This document shows, one piece after another, positions 49,112-58,733 of a stretch of DNA of 64,000 bases. Each line of letters begins with the position of its first letter. Position 1 is the first letter of the stretch. The notes under the pieces were generated by a model. That model was given only the letters and a program-made list of their open reading frames with translations. It did not search any database and was not told where the DNA came from. The DNA lies in NCBI GenBank assembly GCA_963790475.1, contig CAWBOS010000012.1, forward strand, positions 928,001-992,000, in the 5' to 3' direction. The stretch is from an uncultured delta proteobacterium. Its GTDB lineage: Bacteria; Desulfobacterota; RBG-13-43-22. The translations under genes and the position numbers were made by a program.

Positions 49112-49290
49112 TTGTCTGGTCTGTCTGGTCCATCTCGTCTATTTGGTCTATCTGGCCTGTTTTCTTCATTGGTTATATTTAGCCAGGGGCGTGAGCCTTG
49201 GGCGCAAAGAAAAAGGTTTTTTGCAATTCTTCATCAAGGAAAGCGCCCCTTATCCATATTTTTTCAACATTGAACATTGAACGTTGAACT
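49112..49290. repeat. 9-mer tandem repeat (TGGTCT(A/G)T(C/T)) and a (TTGAACA)n run
   Basis: tgtctggtc tgtctggtc catctcgtc tatttggtc tatctggcc. A related 9-mer occurs at 33113-33140; ttcaacattgaacattgaacgttgaac at 49263-49289. Confidence 0.6.
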
Positions 49291-49305
49291 TCCTTCGGAG
49301 GTTTT

Positions 49306-50106
49306 ATGTTTACCTTCAAGCCTGAGTCTTTTTACATGATGCCTTTTCATTTCGGCCCCCGGGCCCAGAAAGGCTCAGCCAAGTATGGTGATGTGACCAC
49401 CATTGCCGTGTCCTATCTGACCGATCGTAAGATGCTTTGTGATTACCTGCCCGAACCTTTTGAAGTAGGGGCGGAACCTCTGGTCTCAGTTTCTTTTTCC
49501 ATGAACCGGGAGGTCGCCTGGCTGGCCGGGGGAAGCTACAATATTATCGGGGTAAATGCTTCGGCCGTTTTCAAAGGTAAAGTCGATCACCTGGCCGGGA
49601 GTTATTGCCTGGTCTTATGGGAAAATCTCACCGATCCTATTCTTACGGGAAGAGAAATTCAGGGGATTCCCAAGATTTATGCTGATATTCCTGATCATAC
49701 CATCCTTGACGGAGTTTGGAGCACCTGTGCCAGCTATCGGGGACATAAGATCGTGGACCTGATGATCAAAGATCTCCAGCCCGTGACAGGTGATCAGTTA
49801 AAAGAAATTGAAAAAATGTCCCGGGATGGAAACTGGATGGGATGGAAATATATCCCCAAAACAGGGGGGCCGGGCGCGGAAGTGAGCCATGCCACCCTTT
49901 TTCCCACCAACCCCGCCTTTGATCTTATCTGGACCGGAAAGGGAGAAGTACAATGGAACCGTTTAACCTGGGAACAGAATCCGACCCAGTTTCATATTGT
50001 CAATGCCCTGGAAAAACTCCCGATCCTTGAATATCGTTCGGCATTGGTGATGAAAGGCAGTTCCGACCTTAGCGTGGCCTCAAAACCGGTAAGACCTCTT
50101 CGCTGA
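49306..50106 (+). CDS. acetoacetate decarboxylase family protein
   Basis: YMMPFHFGP, YLPEPFE, LWENLTDPILTGREIQGIPKIYA with the Schiff-base Lys. Confidence 0.9.
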   Translation: MFTFKPESFYMMPFHFGPRAQKGSAKYGDVTTIAVSYLTDRKMLCDYLPEPFEVGAEPLVSVSFSMNREVAWLAGGSYNIIGVNASAVFKGKVDHLAGSYCLVLWENLTDPILTGREIQGIPKIYADIPDHTILDGVWSTCASYRGHKIVDLMIKDLQPVTGDQLKEIEKMSRDGNWMGWKYIPKTGGPGAEVSHATLFPTNPAFDLIWTGKGEVQWNRLTWEQNPTQFHIVNALEKLPILEYRSALVMKGSSDLSVASKPVRPLR

Positions 50107-50140
50107 TCAACTGAAGCGGGATCATGAAAAGGTATCTCGA

Positions 50141-50242
50141 ATGACTGTCAAAGAAATAGAAAACGTCTGTTTCGTGGGCGGAGAATGGCTTCTCTCCACC
50201 AAGCGCATGATCCATATTGTGAGGCTGAAGCAGGTATGTTAA
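50141..50242 (+). pseudogene. possible remnant of a Rossmann-fold (3-hydroxyacyl-CoA dehydrogenase-like) N-terminus
   Basis: MTVKEIENVCFVGG resembles the beta1/GxG start of 3-hydroxyacyl-CoA dehydrogenases, then breaks down; stop after 33 codons. Confidence 0.4.
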
Positions 50243-50326
50243 CCTCAAGTACTCTGGGATATTCCTGACGGGGGAGAATTCAAGGCGGGTTCACTCCTGA
50301 ACTGAAAACCGGTGGAAAGGACAGCT

Positions 50327-51532
50327 ATGGAATTCAAATTTAACCCAAGAGAAGAAGCCTTCTGCCAGGAGGTAGAGTCTTTTTTAAATTCGGCGCTCCC
50401 TCCGGATTGGGCCGAAAAAAATATCAGCTGGCCCGGCGGCTACGCCTCTATTGGCTACAAGGGCGATGACGCCTTAGAGACGATTGCCCGTTACAGAAAG
50501 AAACTGATCGAAAAAGGTTGGAATACCATTTCCTGGCCTAAGGAATATGGGGGCCGTGAGTATTCCTACGTTGAGCAAGCTATTTTCGACGAGCGGACCA
50601 GTTATCATCGTGCTCCCATCTCCGACGTTATTGCCGGAGGCATGGTGGCTCCAACCATCCTCAAAGTCGGAACTGAGGAGCAAAAAAAGAAATGGATACC
50701 CAGGATCGCCTCGGGCGAAATAACTATGTGGTTAGGCTACAGCGAACCTAACGCCGGCTCCGACCTGGCCGGAATTCAAACCACGGCCGCCCTGGACGGC
50801 GACGAATACGTCATCAACGGGCAAAAGGTATGGAGCAGCGGAGCCCACCTGACTGATTACGCCTGGCTGATTGCCCGGACCGATCCCGAGGCCTCCAGGC
50901 ATAAAGGGGTCAGCTTTTTTATCGTCGATAATAAAAGTCCCGGTATCTCCATCCGTCCCTTGGTTAACATTTTAGGCGAGCGTCATTTCAACGAGGTCTT
51001 CTTCGATAATGTTCGTGTTCCCAAAGAAAACCTGGTCGGGCAAAAGAATATGGGTTTTTATCACCTGATGACCGCCCTGGATTTTGAACGGGTCATCCTG
51101 GTCGGTATCGGGGGCTTTAAACGGGTTTTCGAGGAACTGGTGACCTATGTGAAAAAAACCAAAGGGGACGGTGTGCCTTTGAGCAATCACCAGTCGGTGC
51201 GTCTCAAACTGGCCCGTATTGCCACGGAGATCGAGGCCGGATACCTGCTGGTCTGGCGCACGGCCGAAATGCTGGACAAGGGCTTATCTCCCACGGTCGA
51301 ATCCTCGGCCCTGAAACTGGTCGCCACTGAACTCAGCCGGAAGATGGCTGAGGTGGCCATGGACATTTTCGGCCCCTACAGCCTGATAGAAGAGGAGACC
51401 GCCTTCACGCCTTTTCGAGGCCTGGCCCCTCGCGGCTATCTCGACTGCATTTCTGCCACCATCGGGGCAGGGACCTCAGAAATACAGCGAAACATTATAG
51501 CTATCAGAGGCCTGGGTCTTCCCAGATCCTAA
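50327..51532 (+). CDS. acyl-CoA dehydrogenase, catalytic subunit of a FadE26/FadE29-like heteromeric pair
   Basis: SWPKEYGG, GYSEPNAGSDLA, NGQKVWSS, FNEVFFDNV, ALDFER, GAGTSEIQRNIIA.RGLGLP. Confidence 0.93.
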   Translation: MEFKFNPREEAFCQEVESFLNSALPPDWAEKNISWPGGYASIGYKGDDALETIARYRKKLIEKGWNTISWPKEYGGREYSYVEQAIFDERTSYHRAPISDVIAGGMVAPTILKVGTEEQKKKWIPRIASGEITMWLGYSEPNAGSDLAGIQTTAALDGDEYVINGQKVWSSGAHLTDYAWLIARTDPEASRHKGVSFFIVDNKSPGISIRPLVNILGERHFNEVFFDNVRVPKENLVGQKNMGFYHLMTALDFERVILVGIGGFKRVFEELVTYVKKTKGDGVPLSNHQSVRLKLARIATEIEAGYLLVWRTAEMLDKGLSPTVESSALKLVATELSRKMAEVAMDIFGPYSLIEEETAFTPFRGLAPRGYLDCISATIGAGTSEIQRNIIAIRGLGLPRS

Positions 51533-51560
51533 AGCGGCAGAGATCAAAAGGAGCAAGAAA

Positions 51561-52694
51561 ATGAACCTGGATTTTTCAGAAGATCAAAGAATCCTCAGGA
51601 AGGCGGCCAAGGATTTTTTTGTCAGGGAGTGTCCTCAACTGTTGATCCGGAGCATGAGAGAGCATGAGACCGGGCACGACGCCATACTCTGGGGGAAGAT
51701 GGCTGATCTGGGCTGGTTGGGAGTGATCGTACCCGAGGAATACGGCGGAACCGGTGGAACCTTCCTGGACCTGGCCGTCATTCTCGAGGCCATGGGCGAG
51801 GTCTGCTTACCGGGACCGTTTTTCTCAACAGCCGTACTCGGGGCGAATGCCATACTTCTGGCCGGGACCGAAGAACAGAAAAAAATCCTCCTTCCCCAAA
51901 TAGCCGAAGGCAGGCTGTTGCTGGCCCTGGCCCTGAACGATCCGGGAAATTGGGCAGGAGTCGAAAATAACAACACCCTTGCCAAAATAGACGGGTCGGG
52001 GTACATACTTGAAGGGATAAAACATTTTGTAGAAAACGCCCAGGTCGCGGACAAGATCATTTGCGCGGCCCAGGTGACAGACACGAGCGGCCGCCAGGAG
52101 GGAATGACCTTATTTGTGGTGGATGGGGACAGCCCGGGGATCGAGATCAGGCCCTTTCGAACGCTGGCTTACGAACGGCATTGTCAGGTGGTCTTCCAGG
52201 ACCTCCACTTAGATGAAAAGGCCATGTTAGGAGCGGCGGGTAAGGCCGGTCCGGCCCTCGAAACCCTTCTGCAAAGGGCTGCCGTAGCCAAATGTGCTGA
52301 GATGCTCGGTGCGGCCCAGGTGTCTCTCGACCTCACCCTGGCCTACGCCAAGGAGCGGGTACAGTTCGGCCGGCCCATAGGCAGTTTTCAGGCGGTTCAG
52401 CATCATCTGGCTAACATGGCCGTGGATGTCGACAGTATGAGGGATCTGACCTATCAGGCGGCCTGGAGAATATCCGAGGGATTACCCGCCGGCACCGAAG
52501 CGGCCATGGCTAAGGCCTTTTGCAGTGAGGCCGCGGCCAGGGTGACCCGTTTCAGCCATCAGGTACACGGGGCCATCGCCTTCTGCGATGAACACAATTT
52601 GCATTTCTACTATCGCAAGGTCAAGGCCGCGGGTCTGACTTTCGGGGACAGCGAATACCATCTGGAAAAAGTGGCTCGATCTTTAGGGTTGTGA
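51561..52694 (+). CDS. acyl-CoA dehydrogenase, short partner subunit (FadE27/FadE28-like)
   Basis: LGWLG..PEEYGG, PGPF, RVQFGRPIGSFQAVQH, HQVHGAI, truncated C-terminus FGDSEYH. Confidence 0.92.
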   Translation: MNLDFSEDQRILRKAAKDFFVRECPQLLIRSMREHETGHDAILWGKMADLGWLGVIVPEEYGGTGGTFLDLAVILEAMGEVCLPGPFFSTAVLGANAILLAGTEEQKKILLPQIAEGRLLLALALNDPGNWAGVENNNTLAKIDGSGYILEGIKHFVENAQVADKIICAAQVTDTSGRQEGMTLFVVDGDSPGIEIRPFRTLAYERHCQVVFQDLHLDEKAMLGAAGKAGPALETLLQRAAVAKCAEMLGAAQVSLDLTLAYAKERVQFGRPIGSFQAVQHHLANMAVDVDSMRDLTYQAAWRISEGLPAGTEAAMAKAFCSEAAARVTRFSHQVHGAIAFCDEHNLHFYYRKVKAAGLTFGDSEYHLEKVARSLGL

Positions 52695-52699
52695 ATAAA

Positions 52700-52796
52700 A
52701 GGTTCAAGGTTTAAAATTCAAAGTTTGGAGTTTAAAGTTCAAGGTTTGTAATTTGAAGTTTTAAATTTGCACTTTGCAATTTGAGATTTGACTTTT
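52700..52796. repeat. degenerate heptamer tandem repeats
   Basis: aggttca aggttta aaattca aagtttg gagttta aagttca aggttt ... aatttgc actttgc aatttga gatttga. Confidence 0.65.
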
Positions 52797-52867
52797 GGTT
52801 TACGTCATTTATTGAATCCTGGGAATCCTTTTCTCTAATTAAATTTATTATTTTAGGAGAAGGTTTA

Positions 52868-54022
52868 ATGGCCAAACGGACCCTGAGGACAAAACTGTGT
52901 GATTTGCTGAACATCGACTACCCGATCATCAGCGCCGGCATGGGGCCCAGTCTGGTGGGTGAAAAAACGGGCGCACCGAAAGAACTGGTGGTGGCGGTCT
53001 CTGAAGCCGGAGGGCTCGGCGTCCTGGGTGCGGCCGGATACACGGTGGAGGAACTGCGCCAGGAGGTTCGGGAGATCAAGAAAATGACCGATAAACCTTT
53101 CGGTGTGGACCTGCTGCTCCCCAGCCAGACGGTCAGCATGGGTGACCAGGAACTCCAGGGACCTTCTGAAGTTGCCTTAAGCGAGGTGATCAAAAACCTG
53201 CCCCAGGCCCACTATGAATGGATCATGAAGGTCAAAGAGGAAATGGGGCTCCCGGATATCGAGGCCAAAGTCCTGTCAGGATCTACCACCTCACGTCCCC
53301 ATGCCTCCATCAAGGTATGCATCGAAGAAGGTGTTCCCTTATTTTGCTCAGGCCTTGGAAATCCGGGTTTCATGGTTAAAGAAGCTCACGCGGCCGGAAT
53401 GAAGGTGCTGGGGATATCCGGGAATACCAAAAACGCCAGAAGGATTGCCCAGGGCGGGGCGGACCTGGTCGTGGCTCAAGGGCATGAGGGCGGCGGCCAC
53501 ACCGGGCGCATTGGCTCTATCGCTTTATGGCCTCAGGCGATTGACGCCTGTTCACCGACGCCGGTCCTGGCTGCCGGAGGCATCGGCGACGGCCGGGGAG
53601 TGGCTGCGGCCCTGGCTGTGGGCTGTGTCGGCGTCTGGGTGGGCACACGTTTCCTGGCCTCGGTTGAAGGAGGGGCCTTGCCCATACAGAAAGAAACCAT
53701 TCTCGAAGCTACGGATGAGGACACCAGGAGGTCCTATCTGTATACCGGTAAAACCTCCCGAACCATTTCTAACCGTTTTCATGATTTGTGGGAGAATTCA
53801 GGTTTGGAGCCTTTGCCCTTTCCTATCCAGGTCATTTTTGCCTCAGCCTTGGCCGAGATGTTCAACAAGGCGGAGATGAAGGAATATATGGGACCATTTT
53901 CCGGTCAGATCGCCGGGTTGATCACCGAGATTAAACCGGCGGCCCGGATAGTAGAAGAAATGGTAGAAGAAGCGGTTGATATCTTAACCAGGAGGCTGCC
54001 GGGATTTGTTATTGCAGAGTAG
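52868..54022 (+). CDS. nitronate monooxygenase family flavoprotein (FabK/IpdC-like enoyl-thioester reductase)
   Basis: YPIISAGMG, AVSEAGGLG, KPFGVDLL, AQGHEGGGHTG, LAAGGIGDGRG, GVWVGTRF. Confidence 0.9.
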   Translation: MAKRTLRTKLCDLLNIDYPIISAGMGPSLVGEKTGAPKELVVAVSEAGGLGVLGAAGYTVEELRQEVREIKKMTDKPFGVDLLLPSQTVSMGDQELQGPSEVALSEVIKNLPQAHYEWIMKVKEEMGLPDIEAKVLSGSTTSRPHASIKVCIEEGVPLFCSGLGNPGFMVKEAHAAGMKVLGISGNTKNARRIAQGGADLVVAQGHEGGGHTGRIGSIALWPQAIDACSPTPVLAAGGIGDGRGVAAALAVGCVGVWVGTRFLASVEGGALPIQKETILEATDEDTRRSYLYTGKTSRTISNRFHDLWENSGLEPLPFPIQVIFASALAEMFNKAEMKEYMGPFSGQIAGLITEIKPAARIVEEMVEEAVDILTRRLPGFVIAE

Positions 54023-54103
54023 AAAACAGGTTGTTAGGCTGAAGGCTGAAGACTGAAGGTTGAAGAAAATGAATTAAGTAAGGAATTAGGAGGTTCGTAC
54101 TAA

Positions 54104-54358
54104 ATGAGTGAACACGGGAAAAGAGTTGAAGTGAGGGCCCAGATGTCCGGGGTTTTCTATAGAAAATCCGGGCCGACGGAGCCTCCCTATGTCGAAGTGG
54201 GCGACCAGGTCAAGAAGAAACAGATCCTGGCCCTTTTGGAGACTATGAAGGTTTTTCAGAAGGTCAAATCCCCAGTCGAGGGGACAATCCTCGAGATTGT
54301 TGCTGAAAACGAGAAACCCCTGAAGGATGATGATCTGATGTTTGTGATCGAGGCATAA
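54104..54358 (+). CDS. stand-alone biotin carboxyl carrier protein
   Basis: GVFYR..P..PPYVEVGD and the ETMKV biotinylation motif; 84 aa; AGGAGG RBS. Confidence 0.93.
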   Translation: MSEHGKRVEVRAQMSGVFYRKSGPTEPPYVEVGDQVKKKQILALLETMKVFQKVKSPVEGTILEIVAENEKPLKDDDLMFVIEA

Positions 54359-54382
54359 CGAAAATAAAGATTCATGCTACAA

Positions 54383-54450
54383 GGCCTGCGGGCAGGCAGG
54401 AGGTGTACGGTCTACGGTTTTACCTTAAACCTCCTGCCTGCCCGCAGGCC
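54383..54450. repeat. perfect 22-bp inverted repeat within a heptamer-repeat spacer
   Basis: GGCCTGCGGGCAGGCAGGAGGT (54383-54404) / ACCTCCTGCCTGCCCGCAGGCC (54429-54450). Confidence 0.85.
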
Positions 54451-54528
54451 CTGAACCTTTGATTTTGAACCTATTTCCTTAACTGTGGCGCCCCACGGGG
54501 GCATTAGCTTAACAAGGAGAAAACGGAC

Positions 54529-56079
54529 ATGGGCGAGTGGATGGACAGCTACCTCAAAAGGCTTGTTAAAAACAGGGAAGAAAACCAAACCGGCGGAGGG
54601 AAAGAGCGCATCGAGGTCCAGCACGGCCTGGGCAAGCTCACGGCCCGTGAAAGGATCGAGCGGCTGGTGGATCCGGGTAGTTTTGAGGAATTCGGTTCAC
54701 TGGTCAGGGACCCTTACACCCGGTTTGCCAAGATTCCAAAGCCCAGCCCTTCTGACGGGGTGGTCATGGGCATGGCCAAAATAAAAAACCGGCCGGTCAT
54801 GATCTACTCCCTGGATTTTACGGTCATGTCCGGTTCGATCGGGGATCAGGGAGTCTGGAAGATCGCTGAACTGGTCCAGATGGCCGGACAGGAACAGACC
54901 CCCCTTATTGGTCTGATCGATTCGGCCGGTTCGAGGCTGACCTTCAAGGGCGGTTTCGCCGGGCTGTTTGGTTTGGGACGACTGCTCAGAAATTACTGTT
55001 TATATTCCGGGGTGATTCCTCAGATCACCCTGGTCCTGGGGCCCTGCACCGGGCCGATGGCCAAGGTAGCGGCTCTGTCCGACTTCCTGATCATGAACCG
55101 GAAGACGGGCTTTTTGTGGCTGGGAGGGGAGATCGAATCAGAAGATGCCGGCTCGGCAGAGTTTCACATGACCCGATCGGGCCAGTGCGACCTTATAGCC
55201 GACAGCGATGAAGAAGCCCTTGGTATGGTCGAACAGCTTTTGGATTTCATCCCTCAGAATTGCTGGGGCAAACCCGCCGCTGTCCAATCCACCGACGATC
55301 CGCAGAGGGTGGAGGAAGGGCTCCTGGAAGTGATGCCGAACAACCCCAAGTTTACCTACGATATGCACGAGGTCATCAACCTGATTACGGACCAGGGGGA
55401 ATTCTTTGAATTGAAAGATGGTTTCGCGCCCAACCTGATCATCGGTTTCGCCCGCTTCGACGGTATGGTCACCGGGATTGCCGCCAGTAATCCGGACGAA
55501 CTGAGTGGCATCATGGAACCCGATTCCTCCGATAAATATGACAAGTTCATGATGTTCCTGGACGCCTTTAACATCCCGCTTCTGACCATCTCCGACACCA
55601 CGGCCTACCCGCCCGGAGACAAATGGGAAAGGAAGGGCGTCATCCGGCACGGGGCTAAAAACCTGCACGGGTACAGCCATCTGACCAACCCCAAGGTCAC
55701 CCTGGTTTTGAGGCGGTCTTACGGCGGGTCGAATATCACCATGGGCTGCAGCAAAATGGGACCGGATTTCATCTTCGGCTGGCCGACCGTGGAGTTCGCC
55801 CCCACCGGACCTGAGTCCATCGTCCAGGCCGTCTTTCACAAAGAGCTGGCCAAGGCCAAGGAAGAGGGGAATTACGAGGAGGTTTACAACTCGTTGCTTA
55901 TACCGCTCAAAGAACAATTCAGCGTCATAAATATGGCCCGGGCCTTTACGACCTACTATACGGTCCATGAAGTGATTGATCCCAGGGAAACCCGTATCCA
56001 TATCATCAGGGCGCTTCATGCCTCGGAGGGAAAGATTGAGGAACTGCCGGACAAGAAACGATATATCAAGCCTGCTTAG
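54529..56079 (+). CDS. acyl-CoA carboxylase carboxyltransferase subunit (paralog A)
   Basis: GKLTARERI..LVDPGSF, DFTVMSGS, SGVIPQI, DAFNIPL, RRSYGGS, VIDPRETR. Confidence 0.95.
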   Translation: MGEWMDSYLKRLVKNREENQTGGGKERIEVQHGLGKLTARERIERLVDPGSFEEFGSLVRDPYTRFAKIPKPSPSDGVVMGMAKIKNRPVMIYSLDFTVMSGSIGDQGVWKIAELVQMAGQEQTPLIGLIDSAGSRLTFKGGFAGLFGLGRLLRNYCLYSGVIPQITLVLGPCTGPMAKVAALSDFLIMNRKTGFLWLGGEIESEDAGSAEFHMTRSGQCDLIADSDEEALGMVEQLLDFIPQNCWGKPAAVQSTDDPQRVEEGLLEVMPNNPKFTYDMHEVINLITDQGEFFELKDGFAPNLIIGFARFDGMVTGIAASNPDELSGIMEPDSSDKYDKFMMFLDAFNIPLLTISDTTAYPPGDKWERKGVIRHGAKNLHGYSHLTNPKVTLVLRRSYGGSNITMGCSKMGPDFIFGWPTVEFAPTGPESIVQAVFHKELAKAKEEGNYEEVYNSLLIPLKEQFSVINMARAFTTYYTVHEVIDPRETRIHIIRALHASEGKIEELPDKKRYIKPA

Positions 56080-56100
56080 CGCTGTCGAAGGGAGACTGAC

Positions 56101-57657
56101 ATGGGAAAACGTATGGAAGAGGCTATTAAACGCTATGAGGATATTCAACAGCAAAACCTTTTGGGCGGCGGCATCAAGGATATCGAACGGCAGCACGCCA
56201 GGGGCAAACTCACCGCCAGGGAACGCATCGATCTGTTTATCGACCCCGGTACCTTCAGCGAACTGGGGTCCAGCGTGGGCACGACGGGTATGCGCATGGA
56301 CGGCCGCATCCCCGTGGCCCCTTGTGACGGTGCCATAGTCGGAACGGCCAAAGTGCATGGCCGGCCGACCATGATCTATGCCTCCGATTTCACGGTGCTG
56401 GGAGGATCGACCGCGGCCCAGCACCTGATGAAATATGCTGAGACCCTGATCATGGCCGCCAATTGGGGCATCCCCCTGGTCAACCTGCTGGATTCTTCAG
56501 GCGGACGGCTCGGATATTCGGATGTCACCGGCGCCGGTATAGATTGGCATTTTCGACTCGAATCCCTGTATTCCGGTGTGATTCCCCAAATCACGGTCTT
56601 GATGGGACCTTGTATCGCCGGCGGGGCTTATTTGCCCACTCTGTGTGACTTCCTGCTCATGAGCCGGATCTCAGCCAATATGTGGCTCGGCGGCCCGAGA
56701 CAGACCGAGGCAGCCACATCGGAAAAATTCGACCGGAACGTGGGCGGCGCGGATTATCACATGCAGCTCAGCGGATCGGCCGACACGGTGGGGAAGGATG
56801 ACGCGGAAACTATCGCCCAGTGCCGAGAGCTGATCCGTTACCTGCCCCAGAACTTCAGGGAAAAGGCACCTGACTGGGAAAGAAAAGATGATCCGGGCAG
56901 GGAGGTCAAGGCCCTGGAAGAACTCATCCCTGACGATTTTGAGCAAACCTACGATATGCACGAGGTCATTAAGATACTGGTCGATGACAGAGATTTTTTC
57001 GAGATCAAGGACGAGTACGCTAAAAACCTGATCACCTGTTTCTGCAGGTTCCATGGGGAGGTGGTCGGGCTGGTAGCCAACAATCCGAGTCACCCCGGCA
57101 GCATTCTGGAAGTGAACGCTTGTGATAAATATTACCGTTTTCTGCAAGTTCTGGATGCTTACAACATCCCCCTGATCAACCTGGTGGACACTCCCCCTTT
57201 GGTGCCGGGAGAGTCGGAGGAGACCAGGGGTCTGCTGAGACATATCGGAAAAATCGTGGATGTTTATACCACCGCTACCGTGCCCAAAATAAGCGTCGTC
57301 CTGCGGGAAGCTTATGCCGACACGGGGAGTATGATTATGGGGGTCCCCAAGAGCATGGGTGCCGATCTGGTCTATGCCTGGCCTCTCACCCGGTTTGCCG
57401 TGGAAGCCTCTGAAATAGACTATCGCCGGGTTTACGGTAAAGGAATCGAGGAGGATGCCTATGAGGCTTATTTGAACCGTTCGCGGGAAAAGGTCGAGGC
57501 CTTCGAAGCCGGCCTGACCTGGACCGCCCAGGTGGTTGATGAGATCATTAGGCCCAAAGACACACGGAGGAAAATCATCGAGGCTTTGGAAGTCACCCGG
57601 AACAGACGCGAAAAACTTCCGCGGCGAGCCAAAATGCACACCTCGCCTCCGACGTAA
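56101..57657 (+). CDS. acyl-CoA carboxylase carboxyltransferase subunit (paralog B)
   Basis: GKLTARERI, DFTVLGGS, DSSGGR, GPCIAGGAY, DAYNIPL, DEIIRPKDTR. Confidence 0.95.
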   Translation: MGKRMEEAIKRYEDIQQQNLLGGGIKDIERQHARGKLTARERIDLFIDPGTFSELGSSVGTTGMRMDGRIPVAPCDGAIVGTAKVHGRPTMIYASDFTVLGGSTAAQHLMKYAETLIMAANWGIPLVNLLDSSGGRLGYSDVTGAGIDWHFRLESLYSGVIPQITVLMGPCIAGGAYLPTLCDFLLMSRISANMWLGGPRQTEAATSEKFDRNVGGADYHMQLSGSADTVGKDDAETIAQCRELIRYLPQNFREKAPDWERKDDPGREVKALEELIPDDFEQTYDMHEVIKILVDDRDFFEIKDEYAKNLITCFCRFHGEVVGLVANNPSHPGSILEVNACDKYYRFLQVLDAYNIPLINLVDTPPLVPGESEETRGLLRHIGKIVDVYTTATVPKISVVLREAYADTGSMIMGVPKSMGADLVYAWPLTRFAVEASEIDYRRVYGKGIEEDAYEAYLNRSREKVEAFEAGLTWTAQVVDEIIRPKDTRRKIIEALEVTRNRREKLPRRAKMHTSPPT

Positions 57658-57660
57658 GCA

Positions 57661-57749
57661 AACAGGCTATAGGCGATAGGCAATGGGCAATAGGTGACGA
57701 CTTCTATGTATTGGTTTTCCCTATCGCCTATAGCCCCTTGTCCATAGCC
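57661..57749. repeat. inverted heptamer tandem repeat (AGGC(T/G/A)AT)n/(CCTAT(C/A)G)n
   Basis: aacaggctat aggcgat aggcaat gggcaat agg ... cctatcg cctatag cc. The same leading motif occurs at 35157 and 41179. Confidence 0.75.
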
Positions 57750-57786
57750 AAATTCTTATTTTCGAACTTATTTAGGGAGGATCATT

Positions 57787-58659
57787 ATGAGTGACAAAGC
57801 CATCATTTCCTGTGCCTTGACCGGTGTTCTGACCAATCCGGCCGTTTTCGACGTTCCGGTGACACCTGAGCAGATGGCCGACGCCGCCGAACAGGCCTGG
57901 AACGAGGGTGCGGTCATTGTCCACTGCCATTTCCGGGATCAGCGGGAGGGGATGGGGTTTCTGCCCACCTGGGACGTGGGGTGGGTCAGTGCCATTATTT
58001 CCGCCATCAAGGAGCGGATACCGGGCATGATTATCAACCAGAGTACGGGCGTCAACGGACCGGATATCTCCGGTCCGGTCGCCTGTCTCGAAGCCCTCAA
58101 ACCCGAAATGGCCGCCTGCAATGCCGGGACACTCAACTACCTCAAACTCAAGAGCGAAGGGACCTGGGCCTGGCCGCCCATGATTTTCGACAACCCGGTG
58201 GAAAAGGTTCAGCGGTTTCTCGAGGTCATGAATGCTAACACCATCATCCCCGAGTTCGAGTGTTTTGATACCGGTATCGTCAGGAGCGTGGCCATGTACA
58301 AAAAGGCCGGCCTGTTCGAGGGAGACCCGCACATTTCGCTGGTTATGGGCGTGGCCAGCGGCCAGGCCGCCAGGCCTGAGTGGTTGCCCCTGCTCAAGGA
58401 CGAGATGCTCCCCGGAACACACTGGCAGGTGATCGCCATAGGCCGGGAAGAGGTTTGGCCCCTGCATCGTCGGGCCCTGGAACTGGGAGGAAATGTTCGA
58501 ACCGGTCTGGAAGACACTTTTTATCTGCCCGATGGACGGAAGGCCAGGAACAACGGAGACCTAGTCAAAGCCCTGGCCGACATGGTGCGGGAGGTGGGCC
58601 GGGATATCGCCGGGGCCGAGGAGGCTCGTCGAATCCTGGGTATCAAGAACAGGACCTGA
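57787..58659 (+). CDS. beta-keto acid cleavage enzyme (Kce/DUF849 family)
   Basis: AIISCALTG, PVTPEQ, GAVIVHCHFRD (HxH metal motif), NQSTG, PEFECFD, GGNVRTGLED. Confidence 0.93.
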   Translation: MSDKAIISCALTGVLTNPAVFDVPVTPEQMADAAEQAWNEGAVIVHCHFRDQREGMGFLPTWDVGWVSAIISAIKERIPGMIINQSTGVNGPDISGPVACLEALKPEMAACNAGTLNYLKLKSEGTWAWPPMIFDNPVEKVQRFLEVMNANTIIPEFECFDTGIVRSVAMYKKAGLFEGDPHISLVMGVASGQAARPEWLPLLKDEMLPGTHWQVIAIGREEVWPLHRRALELGGNVRTGLEDTFYLPDGRKARNNGDLVKALADMVREVGRDIAGAEEARRILGIKNRT

Positions 58660-58733
58660 TAGCTTGGAAAAGGGCAGGGTGAAGCACAGAGGCCTTCCTG
58701 ATTTTATGGCCAGTAAGGAGGGGGGGGATTCCG

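Noticed and set aside
55138-57639. Long antisense ORFs (428 aa and 322 aa) opposite the carboxyltransferase genes
   Set aside because: No recognisable motifs. Such shadow ORFs are expected opposite GC3-rich genes. The same applies to 25532..26311, 2231..2974 and 43983..44714.
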